Of a stretch of DNA of 64,000 nt, positions 49,038 to 58,205 are shown piece by piece (positions within the stretch are counted from its first letter, which is position 1; each line of letters starts with the position of its first letter). This DNA is from an uncultured Flavobacteriaceae bacterium (GTDB lineage: Bacteria > Bacteroidota > Bacteroidia > Flavobacteriales > Flavobacteriaceae): positions 5,594 through 69,593 of the forward strand of contig CALADZ010000098.1 of assembly GCA_937890575.1 (NCBI GenBank), written 5' to 3'. Position numbers and translations under genes: made by a program. The notes beneath the pieces are model-generated. The model made no database searches. It was not told where the DNA came from and saw only the letters and a program-made list of their open reading frames with translations.

Positions 49038-49853
49038 ATGACTGAATTTAGATCCATTATTGAAGCTGCTTGGGAAGATCGATCTTTACTAAAAACCGAG
49101 AAAACACAACAAACCATCAGAAGTGTCATCGAATTGGTAGACAGCGGTCAGCTCAGGTGTGCAGAACCTTCCTCATCGGGTTGGGTAATCAATGAGTGGG
49201 TAAAAAAAGCAGTGGTGCTTTACTTCCCGATCCAACAGATGGAAACCCATGAAGTGGGTATCTTTGAATTCCATGACAAAATGCCGCTGAAACGAGGCTA
49301 TGCTGAAAAAGGTATTAGGGTGGTTCCTCATGCTGTAGCAAGACATGGAGCCTACATTGCTCCTGGAACCATATTGATGCCTAGTTACGTGAATATTGGT
49401 GCCTATGTTGACACAGGCACTATGGTAGATACCTGGGCTACTGTGGGTAGTTGTGCTCAGATTGGCAAAAATGTACACCTCAGTGGTGGCGTAGGGATTG
49501 GCGGTGTGTTAGAACCTTTACAAGCGGCCCCTGTAGTCATTGAAGATGATGTGTTTGTCGGATCGCGATGTATCGTCGTTGAGGGTATTCGCGTGGAGCG
49601 AGAGGCTGTTCTTGGCGCCAATGTAGTGTTGACTGCATCCACTAAAATTATTGACGTCACAGGAACTGAGCCCTTAGAATACAAGGGTTATGTACCCGCT
49701 CGATCTGTGGTCATCCCTGGAAGCTACACAAAAACATTTAATGCAGGGACCTACCAAGTTCCCTGTGCATTGATCATCGGAACTAGAAAGGAAAGTACGG
49801 ACAAGAAAACATCACTCAATGATGCGCTCCGAGAATACAGCGTATCTGCTTAA
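49038..49853 (+). CDS. dapD: tetrahydrodipicolinate N-succinyltransferase
   Basis: Hexapeptide-repeat region (IGKNVHLSGGVGIGGVLEP...) with a DapD-type N-terminal domain. Confidence 0.93.
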   Translation: MTEFRSIIEAAWEDRSLLKTEKTQQTIRSVIELVDSGQLRCAEPSSSGWVINEWVKKAVVLYFPIQQMETHEVGIFEFHDKMPLKRGYAEKGIRVVPHAVARHGAYIAPGTILMPSYVNIGAYVDTGTMVDTWATVGSCAQIGKNVHLSGGVGIGGVLEPLQAAPVVIEDDVFVGSRCIVVEGIRVEREAVLGANVVLTASTKIIDVTGTEPLEYKGYVPARSVVIPGSYTKTFNAGTYQVPCALIIGTRKESTDKKTSLNDALREYSVSA

Positions 49854-49859
49854 ACCAAG

Positions 49860-50690
49860 TTAAGGAGTTTTTTTGATCCCGAAGTCAGTCCAACTCGACT
49901 TAAGCTTAGCTACTTCTCGGCGAATGGCCTTGTTTTTATCGATGGACTCCTTGGTTTTGTACGATCTTTTGTGGTCGAGATGAATACATATAGCACTGTA
50001 CCTCAACTGCTTGGATTTAATACCTAAATGCACTAAACGCTCACCCAATTCGCGGTCTTGACCACCGTATTGCATCCGCTCGTCAAAGCCATTGACCGCC
50101 AATAAATCCTCTTTCCAGCCTGAAGCATTGTGGCCATTCCAAGTCGCCTTAGTCGGTGTCCAACTGTTGAGCCATTTAGCCCAGTTTCCATGAGCGCTGA
50201 GTTTATTATTTTTAAAACTGCGTTTAAGCCCCTGACTTTTTAGCCACTTTAGTGAAAAACAACGCTGTTGATCGATATCTTCTGAAGTGATTTTTTCAGA
50301 AATAACCATGGGTAACATAAAATAACCTCCCGACAAAAAGTATCCAGGAGTCTTGTTTCGGTGGTGAACTTCCAGAAAGTCTGCCCTTGGGATACAATCC
50401 CCATCAGTCATCACAATATAGGGAGCCTGGGCGGCTAAAATTGCTTTGTTTAAAATACGCGACTTCTGAAAACCCTCGTCTTCTTGCCAAACATGTTGGA
50501 TCGGATAAAAAACATAGGACCTCATTTTTTCAATTAGTGCAGCGGTCTCAGGGCCAGAACCGTCGTCGGCGATCACTAACTCAAAATACCTAAATGTTTG
50601 TGCATTAAAACCCCACAATACTTTTTCCAGCCAAGCAACCGCATTGTAGGTGCTTAATACCACAGATATGGATACAGAGGATTCTCTCAT
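49860..50690 (-). CDS. family 2 glycosyltransferase
   Basis: SVVLSTYNAVAWL and VIADDGSGPET. C-terminal NGFDERMQYGGQDRELGERL is galactosyltransferase-C-like. Confidence 0.85.
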   Translation of the reverse strand: MRESSVSISVVLSTYNAVAWLEKVLWGFNAQTFRYFELVIADDGSGPETAALIEKMRSYVFYPIQHVWQEDEGFQKSRILNKAILAAQAPYIVMTDGDCIPRADFLEVHHRNKTPGYFLSGGYFMLPMVISEKITSEDIDQQRCFSLKWLKSQGLKRSFKNNKLSAHGNWAKWLNSWTPTKATWNGHNASGWKEDLLAVNGFDERMQYGGQDRELGERLVHLGIKSKQLRYSAICIHLDHKRSYKTKESIDKNKAIRREVAKLKSSWTDFGIKKTP

Positions 50691-50704
50691 CGGATTAATT
50701 TGCC

Positions 50705-50712
50705 CAAAATTA
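50705..50712 (-). promoter_or_regulatory. putative -7 box (TAATTTTG) for the GT2 gene 49860-50690
   Basis: Exact TAnnTTTG on the minus strand, 14 nt before ATG 50690. Confidence 0.45.
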
Positions 50713-50735
50713 GAAAAACAATCCTTGGTTATCGT

Positions 50736-50743
50736 TATTTTTG
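50736..50743 (+). promoter_or_regulatory. putative -7 box (TATTTTTG) for the GT-A gene 50748-51563
   Basis: Exact TAnnTTTG, 4 nt before ATG 50748. Confidence 0.45.
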
Positions 50744-50747
50744 GGTC

Positions 50748-51563
50748 ATGAAACTCAAAGAGTATCCATTATCCATATTTCATTCTGGAAGACTTTTATT
50801 ATACACCAAAAATCTATGGTCTCAGACCCCTGAAGACACACCTGATTTGGTGGTCAGTCTCACTAGCTTTGAACCGCGGTTAAAAGCGCTTCACTTAGTG
50901 GTGCGCAATATGCTGGAACAAGATTTAGCTCCAAAAAAAATCGTGTTGTGGTTAAATAAAACCCTAGAAAACAAGGTTCCCCATTCCCTCAATAAAATGA
51001 TCGGACCGCGCTTTGAAATACGCTTTTCCGATATTGATGGCCCACAGCTTAAACTGATTGAATCCCTCAAAAGTTTCCCGAATGACCTGGTCGTCACCTG
51101 TGATGACGATTTGATTTATCCCAAAAATTGGCTATCAACACTTTACAGCGCTCATATTTCACATCCGGGACACATCATGGCCCACCATTGTAGGCTGATT
51201 AAACGAAATGAATTGGGTGAGCTTTTACCCTACACTCAATGGAATTGGGATCGCTCAAAACCGTATGATGAAGCGGATTTATTAGCGATTGGATCGTCAG
51301 GAGTCCTCTACCCTCCCCACAGTTTTAACCATCAAGTGGGTGACATGGAGCTTTTTCAAAAGCTTTGTCCTAAATCTGATGATTTATGGTTTAAAGCTAT
51401 GGCGTTACTCAACGATACTCCGATTAAATGGAGTGGTTATTCTTTTGAACCCATCCCTATATTGGGCAGTCAAAAGGTCAGTTTAAAGAAATCGAATGTA
51501 CATCAAGACAAAAACAGAATTCAGTGGAATCAAATTCTAACACATTTTCCGGAGCTGATCTAA
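50748..51563 (+). CDS. putative GT-A glycosyltransferase (uncharacterised family)
   Basis: VVSLTSFEPR and VVTCDDDLIYP (DxD) motifs. ATG 50748 lies 4 nt after a -7 box. Confidence 0.65.
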   Translation: MKLKEYPLSIFHSGRLLLYTKNLWSQTPEDTPDLVVSLTSFEPRLKALHLVVRNMLEQDLAPKKIVLWLNKTLENKVPHSLNKMIGPRFEIRFSDIDGPQLKLIESLKSFPNDLVVTCDDDLIYPKNWLSTLYSAHISHPGHIMAHHCRLIKRNELGELLPYTQWNWDRSKPYDEADLLAIGSSGVLYPPHSFNHQVGDMELFQKLCPKSDDLWFKAMALLNDTPIKWSGYSFEPIPILGSQKVSLKKSNVHQDKNRIQWNQILTHFPELI

Positions 51564-51571
51564 ACCAAATC

Positions 51572-52120
51572 GTGAAAAAAGCCCATGAGGTAATTGACGG
51601 TGGTGGAGTGATTTTGTTTCCCACGGATACCATTTGGGGGTTGGGATGCGATGCCACGAATAAAATGGCCGTTCAACGTATTTACGATATAAAAAACCGA
51701 CATGAACTCAAATCCATGATTTGTTTGATGGAATCTGATGCGATGCTTTCGCGATGGATCATCGATGTCCCAGAAGTAGGTTACGATTTAATCGAACTAT
51801 CTGAGCATCCTTTAACCCTGATACTAGATGGTGCTAAATCAGTGGCAGAAAATTTATTGGCCCCCGACGGAAGTCTGGGAGTTCGGGTGGTCAAACACAC
51901 CTTTTGTCAGCGACTCATTCAAAAAATGCGCAAACCATTAGTGGCCACTTCTGCCAACAAATCGGGCAACCCTTTTCCAAAATCTTTTGCGGAAATAACC
52001 CCAGAGATTTTACAAGCTGTTGACTATATAGTACCTTTGGATCAATCGTTAACTCTGTCTCGACCTTCAACCATAATTCGCTTAAAATCGAATGGAGAGG
52101 TTGCCATTATTCGCTCATGA
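51572..52120 (+). CDS. tsaC: L-threonylcarbamoyladenylate synthase (YrdC/TsaC family)
   Basis: ILFPTDTIWGLGCDA motif. The start is GTG 51572, or GTG 51524 overlapping the upstream gene by 40 nt. Confidence 0.8.
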   Translation: MKKAHEVIDGGGVILFPTDTIWGLGCDATNKMAVQRIYDIKNRHELKSMICLMESDAMLSRWIIDVPEVGYDLIELSEHPLTLILDGAKSVAENLLAPDGSLGVRVVKHTFCQRLIQKMRKPLVATSANKSGNPFPKSFAEITPEILQAVDYIVPLDQSLTLSRPSTIIRLKSNGEVAIIRS

Positions 52121-53556
52121 GTCCAAATATCTACTGCGTTGAAGCATTAAATCACCCTGTATTTAAAACTTTAAGTCACGTTGCGCAAAACCTTGATTTA
52201 GAGTGTTATGTGATTGGTGGGTATGTTCGTGACCACCTGTTGAATAGGGCGGGGTCGAAAGACATTGATATTGTGGCTGTTGGAGATGGTATTGCTCTTG
52301 CTCAAGCATTGGCCGATGCACTGCCGGGCGCTTCAGAGGTCAGTGTGTTTAAAAACTATGGAACAGCCATGTTGCACTATCAAGACATCACACTTGAGTT
52401 TGTCGGAGCGCGCAAAGAAAGCTATACACACAACAGCCGAAATCCAAAAGTGGCACCCGGCAGTTTGGCAGACGACCAAAATAGGCGTGACTTTACCATT
52501 AATGCTTTAGCGCTCAGCCTGGATCAAAATCAATGGGGTGCATTGCTTGATCCTTTTACCGGAGTTGATCATTTAGCTGCTAAATTGTTGATTACCCCAC
52601 TAGATCCTCAAGTGACTTTTAGCGACGATCCATTGAGAATGATGCGGGCGATTCGTTTTGCTGCTCAACTTGATTTTACGATCGACCCCCAAGCTTGGCT
52701 ATCCATAAAAAATCAAGCTGAACGAATAAAAATTATTGCCCCGGAGCGTATCGTTGATGAACTGAATAAGATCATGTCTACACCGAAGCCCAGCGCAGGA
52801 CTGTCTCTGATGTATGAGGCTGGTTTACTCGACATCATCCTACCAGAAGTGACCGCTTTATTGGGTGTTGAAGAAATTGAAGGACAACGACACAAAGATA
52901 ATTTTTGGCATACTTTGGAAGTTGTGGACAACATATCTCGAACCACAGAAAAGCTATGGCTCAGATGGGCGGCGCTTTTACACGATATTGGAAAAGCACC
53001 AACAAAACGGTTTGATCCCAAAATAGGATGGACATTCCATGGGCATGAATTCTTGGGTGGCAAAATGGTTCATAAACTTTTCAAAAGGCTGCATATGCCG
53101 CTCAATGAAAAGGTGAAGTACGTGCAAAAATTAGTTGCCATGAGTTCACGCCCCATTATCATTGCTGAAGATTTCGTGACTGATAGTGCCGTGAGAAGGT
53201 TGGTGTTTGACGCCTCAGACGACTTGGAAGATTTAATGACCCTTTGCGAGGCGGACATTACGACCAAGAATCCGAAAAAACAAAAGAGGTACATGCAGAA
53301 CTTTGCCACAGTTCGTCAAAAAATTGCCGAAGTGGAACAGAGAGATCATTTGCGGAATTTTCAACCACCTGTAGATGGTGCAGAAATCATGGAAACTTTT
53401 GGTATAGGTCCTTCACCATTCATCGGTCAAATCAAAGAAACCATCAAGGAAGCTATTTTGGAAGGTGAAATACCTAACCAGAAAGAAGCAGCTCGAGCAT
53501 TAATGCTTAAAAAAGGTATTTCTTTGGGATTAACCCCCATCAATTCGGCTTTATGA
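52117..53556 (+). CDS. tRNA nucleotidyltransferase (CCA-adding/poly(A) polymerase family) with HD domain
   Basis: GGYVRDHLL, DIDIV and LHDIGK motifs. Confidence 0.85.
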   Translation: MSPNIYCVEALNHPVFKTLSHVAQNLDLECYVIGGYVRDHLLNRAGSKDIDIVAVGDGIALAQALADALPGASEVSVFKNYGTAMLHYQDITLEFVGARKESYTHNSRNPKVAPGSLADDQNRRDFTINALALSLDQNQWGALLDPFTGVDHLAAKLLITPLDPQVTFSDDPLRMMRAIRFAAQLDFTIDPQAWLSIKNQAERIKIIAPERIVDELNKIMSTPKPSAGLSLMYEAGLLDIILPEVTALLGVEEIEGQRHKDNFWHTLEVVDNISRTTEKLWLRWAALLHDIGKAPTKRFDPKIGWTFHGHEFLGGKMVHKLFKRLHMPLNEKVKYVQKLVAMSSRPIIIAEDFVTDSAVRRLVFDASDDLEDLMTLCEADITTKNPKKQKRYMQNFATVRQKIAEVEQRDHLRNFQPPVDGAEIMETFGIGPSPFIGQIKETIKEAILEGEIPNQKEAARALMLKKGISLGLTPINSAL

Positions 53557-54566
53557 AACAACAGTTTAACACTTGGGTAAAAATATCGTTGATCCTAGTT
53601 TACTTGGTGGTTATTGCGGGAGCCTTCGTCCGCATGACTGGAAGTGGTATGGGTTGCCCAGACTGGCCAAAATGCTTTGGCTACTACATTCCTCCTACAG
53701 AGGAATCCGCGCTTAGGTGGGCCCCTGAAAGAGAATTCAAACAGGGACATGTCATCATTAAAGATGAACAGCTATGGGTAGCTCAAAAGGATTTTATGAC
53801 TGGTAACGAATTTAATCCCGCCTACTGGGCCGAATACACTAAACACGACTATGCCGTATTTAACCCCTACCACACTTGGGTTGAATACATCAATAGACTG
53901 TTAGGCGCCATAGCTGGCTTGGCTACTTTATTGATGGCCTTGTTTTCACTATCCATGTGGCGGACAAAAAAAGGACACACTGTTTTGGCATGGGGGGTAG
54001 TTTTTGGGATGGGGTTTCAAGCATGGCTTGGTGCTACAGTGGTTTATTCCGTATTGGCTCCATTTAAAATCACCTTGCACATGCTCATGGCTTTGGTCAT
54101 CATCGGAGCGTTGATGGCCCTGTGGCCCAAAAAACATATAGCCACACAATTCAATTCTTCTTTGCTCAAATTTTCGTTTGGAGCTTTGGCTTTATTGGCC
54201 ATTCAAGTGATTTTGGGCACCCAAGTCAGGTCGTATGTAGACCATCAGTCTGAAATCACCTCAGGCCTTCATCCTGAAATTTGGCTACAGAGTCCTCCAG
54301 TGATTTTTTACATACATCGCTCTTTTTCAATTGCTCTGCTGCTTGTACAATGGTGGATTTGGCGCATAAGCCCGTCTGAATTAAGCAGGAGACACCTTGT
54401 TACCCTCGGATTAATGGTTGGTGCAGCCATTTCTGGAATCGTACTTTTTTATCTAAATTTCCCGATGGGAAGCCAAACAATTCACTTAGTATTGGCTACA
54501 TTAATTTTTGGCCTTCAATGGAAAACAATTTTGGACCTGATCACCTCAAAAAATACGGAGCAATAG
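53553..54566 (+). CDS. ctaA: COX15/CtaA-family heme A synthase
   Basis: Polytopic protein with an N-terminal Cys pair, MGCPDWPKCFGY. Confidence 0.8.
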   Translation: MKQQFNTWVKISLILVYLVVIAGAFVRMTGSGMGCPDWPKCFGYYIPPTEESALRWAPEREFKQGHVIIKDEQLWVAQKDFMTGNEFNPAYWAEYTKHDYAVFNPYHTWVEYINRLLGAIAGLATLLMALFSLSMWRTKKGHTVLAWGVVFGMGFQAWLGATVVYSVLAPFKITLHMLMALVIIGALMALWPKKHIATQFNSSLLKFSFGALALLAIQVILGTQVRSYVDHQSEITSGLHPEIWLQSPPVIFYIHRSFSIALLLVQWWIWRISPSELSRRHLVTLGLMVGAAISGIVLFYLNFPMGSQTIHLVLATLIFGLQWKTILDLITSKNTEQ

Positions 54567-54567
54567 T

Positions 54568-55080
54568 ATGAAATACGACAAAATACGCGTCATTCTGGAC
54601 GACAAATCAGATGTTTTTAGAGACATCGCTATCGATCCATCGGCCTCGTTGGCCGATCTACACCAGCAGATTTACAGCAGTTTTGGATTTAATGGGCAAG
54701 AAATGGCCTCATTCTACACCTGCGATAGCGAATGGGTGCAAGATCAAGAGATTTCGTTGATGGATATGGGAGAGGGTCAGAACATGCAACACACTACCGT
54801 AGAAGAAGCCAGAGAACTCTCCAATAAGAAGTTGATATACGTCTATGACTTCATGAATTTATGGACCTTCTTTGTAGAATGGATCGATCAAGTTCCTGCA
54901 CTGGCTGATGATGCGAAATCAGGGGTTGTTTTTTCTTTTGGCAACCTACCCGATGATGTGCCAGAGAAATCATTTGATGGGGAAGAAATTGATGAAGAAG
55001 ACCTGTTCGAAGACGAGTTTGGCTTGAACGATGAGGATCTTGACGATTATGGGTTTCACGATGAGGAAACTTGGAACTAA
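54568..55080 (+). CDS. pRiA4b-ORF3-like domain protein with polyacidic tail
   Basis: N-terminal about 120 aa (IRVILDD...DLHQQIYSSFGF...YVYDFMNLW) resembles the PRiA4_ORF3 family as recalled. The tail is D/E-rich. Confidence 0.6.
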   Translation: MKYDKIRVILDDKSDVFRDIAIDPSASLADLHQQIYSSFGFNGQEMASFYTCDSEWVQDQEISLMDMGEGQNMQHTTVEEARELSNKKLIYVYDFMNLWTFFVEWIDQVPALADDAKSGVVFSFGNLPDDVPEKSFDGEEIDEEDLFEDEFGLNDEDLDDYGFHDEETWN

Positions 55081-55095
55081 GCATTTAAAACCATT

Positions 55096-56157
55096 ATGAT
55101 TCATTTTTTTAATACTCAATTTGAGGCACTATCTATTCATAAAATTGGCAACCAACACAAAAACGAAGGACTATTACTCAGCAATGAACCCCATGTACTA
55201 GACGACGAACTGAACGGGCACTTAAAGGAATTTTTTTTTAAGCCGTTTAGGGAAAAAGAGGAGGTTTACTATCACTTCACCCACGAGGTTGATTTAGAGT
55301 TTCATCCGCTATACCAAGTAATTTCTCAGGTGTTTAACAAAACAACCTCCTTCCATCAAGCCAGTTGTGACATAGCCAAACACCTCTACGATCAGTCCAA
55401 ACACCCACACATCAAAAGCGGTGAACTGTACGTCACGCAACTTCAAGGAGTGGTCTACAACAATCAGAAAATCAACGCACTGGGCATTTTTAAAAGTGAA
55501 CTCAAACAAGATTTTCTTCAGGTTGAAGGAACGCAAACCATGCCTGAAATGCGGATCAAACAAGGGATCAACCTCAATAAATTAGACAAAGGGTGTATCG
55601 TACTTGAACTAGAACAAGAATCAGGATTCCGCATTATGAGTATTGATACCAACCGATACGACAGTAAGTATTGGCTGGAGGCATTTCTGGGAGTCTCCTT
55701 GATGGAAGATGGGCATTTCTTTACCAAAAACTATTTGAAATTTTGTCAGGGATTTGCCAAAGAAGTGGTTTTTCCTGCAGAGGACAAACAACAAGAGGTC
55801 TTGTTTATGAACAAGGCTGTTCATCATTTTGCCAAAAATGATCATTTTAATGAGTCTGCATTTATCGAAGAGGTTATCGATAATCCTGCATTAATTCCTG
55901 AATTCAAGCACTACAAGGTAGAACGGGGTCCAAAATACAACTTGGAAGATGTAGCTGAGTTTGATATTGCCAATAAAGCGGTAACAGAGTCCAGAAAAAA
56001 AATACGCAACGTCATCCAGCTCGACACCAACATTCAAATAAAGCTGGATTTTGTCAATCCTGAATCAGCCCAAAAATTTGTTGAAAAAGGTTGGGATGAG
56101 GAGCGCCAAATGTATTACTACCTGGTATATTTCAACAAAGAACAGGGAGGTAACTAG
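55096..56157 (+). CDS. nucleoid-associated-protein-like (NdpA/YejK-type) protein
   Basis: 353 aa. The N-terminus LSIHKIGN and overall size resemble Bacteroidota NdpA-like proteins, from recollection only. Confidence 0.6.
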   Translation: MIHFFNTQFEALSIHKIGNQHKNEGLLLSNEPHVLDDELNGHLKEFFFKPFREKEEVYYHFTHEVDLEFHPLYQVISQVFNKTTSFHQASCDIAKHLYDQSKHPHIKSGELYVTQLQGVVYNNQKINALGIFKSELKQDFLQVEGTQTMPEMRIKQGINLNKLDKGCIVLELEQESGFRIMSIDTNRYDSKYWLEAFLGVSLMEDGHFFTKNYLKFCQGFAKEVVFPAEDKQQEVLFMNKAVHHFAKNDHFNESAFIEEVIDNPALIPEFKHYKVERGPKYNLEDVAEFDIANKAVTESRKKIRNVIQLDTNIQIKLDFVNPESAQKFVEKGWDEERQMYYYLVYFNKEQGGN

Positions 56158-57233
56158 TCTCTTTTCCTGGTATTAACGTGGGGATATACCGATGGATTTT
56201 GATAATTGCGCTTGACAAAATCTAGCGCAAAAGTCAACACCTCTCCCATGCTCTTCGCTTGTCTAAACGCCTTGTCCATGGCTAGGTCGTATATTTCTTT
56301 GGATAACTGTGTCACGTTTTCATCTGTAGACACACGATCCTTTCGATAAACTGAGAGCAATTGTTCCAGCCTAGCCTCTCTACTCAAGATGCGTTTAGCG
56401 GTAATCGATCGCTCCTCAATCTTGTACTGTTCCACAGAGGAAGCGGGCAACCGGTCTTTAACCAACGAAACCATTGGGTTGTTTTCTTTGAAAAACTGAG
56501 GCCTGTATATGATCAACCTACCTTCATACGACTGTTGATCAAAATCAATAGCGCGTATTTTATATTCCACGTGGTCAAAATCGTGGATGGGTATCACTAC
56601 GTAGTTGTAAGAGCGCATATCGCCTAATAGACGGATCATACAACGTTCATTGAACTTGACAAATTCTTTGGCTATTTGTGATTTCTCATGTGGTTTCAGG
56701 CCATCCAGCATGGTGTCGATAAACACATCCCCTGGAATACCGGATATGTGCTCTTCGATCATGGTATCCTGATACACTAAAAAGTGTAGGTTATACGGAG
56801 AGAGCATATGCTCTAATTCCAATCCGTACACCCTGGAGGCATCGGCTTTTTTTACATAGAAATAGGTGAAGTTATCGTTGATTATATTGCGGACTTTGAT
56901 TCGAAACGGTTTGGAATTACCAAACGTACAGTAATCAATGGCATCTATGCTCAAATGAGGAATAATGGACTCTGTTCCGTCGGAATGAAGTATGGCATAT
57001 ATTTTTTTTAACCCGTAATCAATTTCATCCCGTTCATGATCGGCAAAATAGACGCGTATCCAAAGCGTATCTTCTTGATTTTGGTCATAGACAACTATTG
57101 AGCCCACAAAACGCAACAAATCCTGGTATAAAATGGGAAGTTTCGTGTATCTACTGTAATTTGTCAAATAGGTCACCAATCGTTTTCCAATGGGAAAAGC
57201 TGGTTTTTTTTTCGACATAATCGGTTGCGCCAT
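56154..57233 (-). CDS. hypothetical protein with protein-kinase-like motifs
   Basis: 359-aa ORF with YVKK, LELEH, MIEEHISG, LGDMRSYN and AIDFD in kinase-like order. Confidence 0.6.
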   Translation of the reverse strand: MAQPIMSKKKPAFPIGKRLVTYLTNYSRYTKLPILYQDLLRFVGSIVVYDQNQEDTLWIRVYFADHERDEIDYGLKKIYAILHSDGTESIIPHLSIDAIDYCTFGNSKPFRIKVRNIINDNFTYFYVKKADASRVYGLELEHMLSPYNLHFLVYQDTMIEEHISGIPGDVFIDTMLDGLKPHEKSQIAKEFVKFNERCMIRLLGDMRSYNYVVIPIHDFDHVEYKIRAIDFDQQSYEGRLIIYRPQFFKENNPMVSLVKDRLPASSVEQYKIEERSITAKRILSREARLEQLLSVYRKDRVSTDENVTQLSKEIYDLAMDKAFRQAKSMGEVLTFALDFVKRNYQNPSVYPHVNTRKRD

Positions 57234-57240
57234 GAAAAAT

Positions 57241-57248
57241 TATATTTG
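57241..57248 (+). promoter_or_regulatory. putative -7 box (TATATTTG) for the ABC-2 transporter operon
   Basis: Exact TAnnTTTG, 33 nt before ATG 57282. Confidence 0.45.
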
Positions 57249-57281
57249 TAACAAAATACGCATTTGTTCGTCAATAGCACA

Positions 57282-58205
57282 ATGACACATTCTGATCCTC
57301 CCATTTTACTCAGCGTTCACCAACTCAACAAACGCTACGGAAAAAGACAAGCGGTACATCCGATAACCTTTGACATCAAAAAAGGATTCGTATACGGGTT
57401 ACTCGGACCCAATGGGAGCGGCAAATCCACCACACTCGGCATGGTTCTTCAGGTTGTTAATCCTACCTCCGGTAGCTTTACGTGGTTCCAGGGCCAATGC
57501 ACTCCTAACCAAGCCCTGAAAAAAGTAGGGGCCATTATCGAACGACCAAACTTCTATCCTTACCTAAGCGCCTATAAAAACTTAGAAATCGTTTGTTTAA
57601 TCAAAGGCGTACCCTTAAAGGCCATTGATGACAAACTTGAACTGGTCGGATTATTAGGTAGAAAACACGATAGTTTTGATAAGTATTCTCTGGGAATGAA
57701 ACAGCGATTGGCTATTGCCTCGGCGCTGCTGAACGATCCAGAAGTATTGATATTAGACGAACCCACCAATGGATTAGATCCGGAGGGTATTCATCAAATC
57801 AGGGGGATTATCAAAAAAGTAGCCGCCCTGGGTACTACCATAGTATTGGCGTCGCATTTATTAGATGAAGTGGAAAAAGTTTGTGATCGAGTTCTTGTGC
57901 TTCAAGAAGGTCATATGATTTTTGAAGGATCCGTGACTGAATTACTACAGGAACAACAAACAGTCTATCTGGAGAGTCCACAAAATCAGGCGTTGACCAC
58001 TTGGATTCACAAAAACTCAGCTGTGGCCCATTATGTTCCAGAGGGCATGGGGTATTTAATTCAATTCAACGAAGAGATACCCACTGATCAAATCAATAAA
58101 GAACTCGCGGAAAACGGGATTTATTTGAGCGTGCTTCAAAAACACAAAACCAGCCTTGAGGATCGATTCTTGGCCATGACTGATAAAAACAAAACACATG
58201 ATTAG
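57282..58205 (+). CDS. ABC transporter ATP-binding protein (ABC-2 type)
   Basis: GPNGSGKST, YSLGMKQRLAIA and LILDEPTNGLDP. ATG 57282 lies downstream of a -7 box. Confidence 0.9.
   Translation: MTHSDPPILLSVHQLNKRYGKRQAVHPITFDIKKGFVYGLLGPNGSGKSTTLGMVLQVVNPTSGSFTWFQGQCTPNQALKKVGAIIERPNFYPYLSAYKNLEIVCLIKGVPLKAIDDKLELVGLLGRKHDSFDKYSLGMKQRLAIASALLNDPEVLILDEPTNGLDPEGIHQIRGIIKKVAALGTTIVLASHLLDEVEKVCDRVLVLQEGHMIFEGSVTELLQEQQTVYLESPQNQALTTWIHKNSAVAHYVPEGMGYLIQFNEEIPTDQINKELAENGIYLSVLQKHKTSLEDRFLAMTDKNKTHD

Noticed and set aside
54568-55080. The pRiA4b-ORF3/IS-passenger-like gene as evidence for an insertion sequence.
   Set aside because: There is no transposase ORF and no terminal inverted repeats. 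The gene starts 2 nt after ctaA in an operon-like string.
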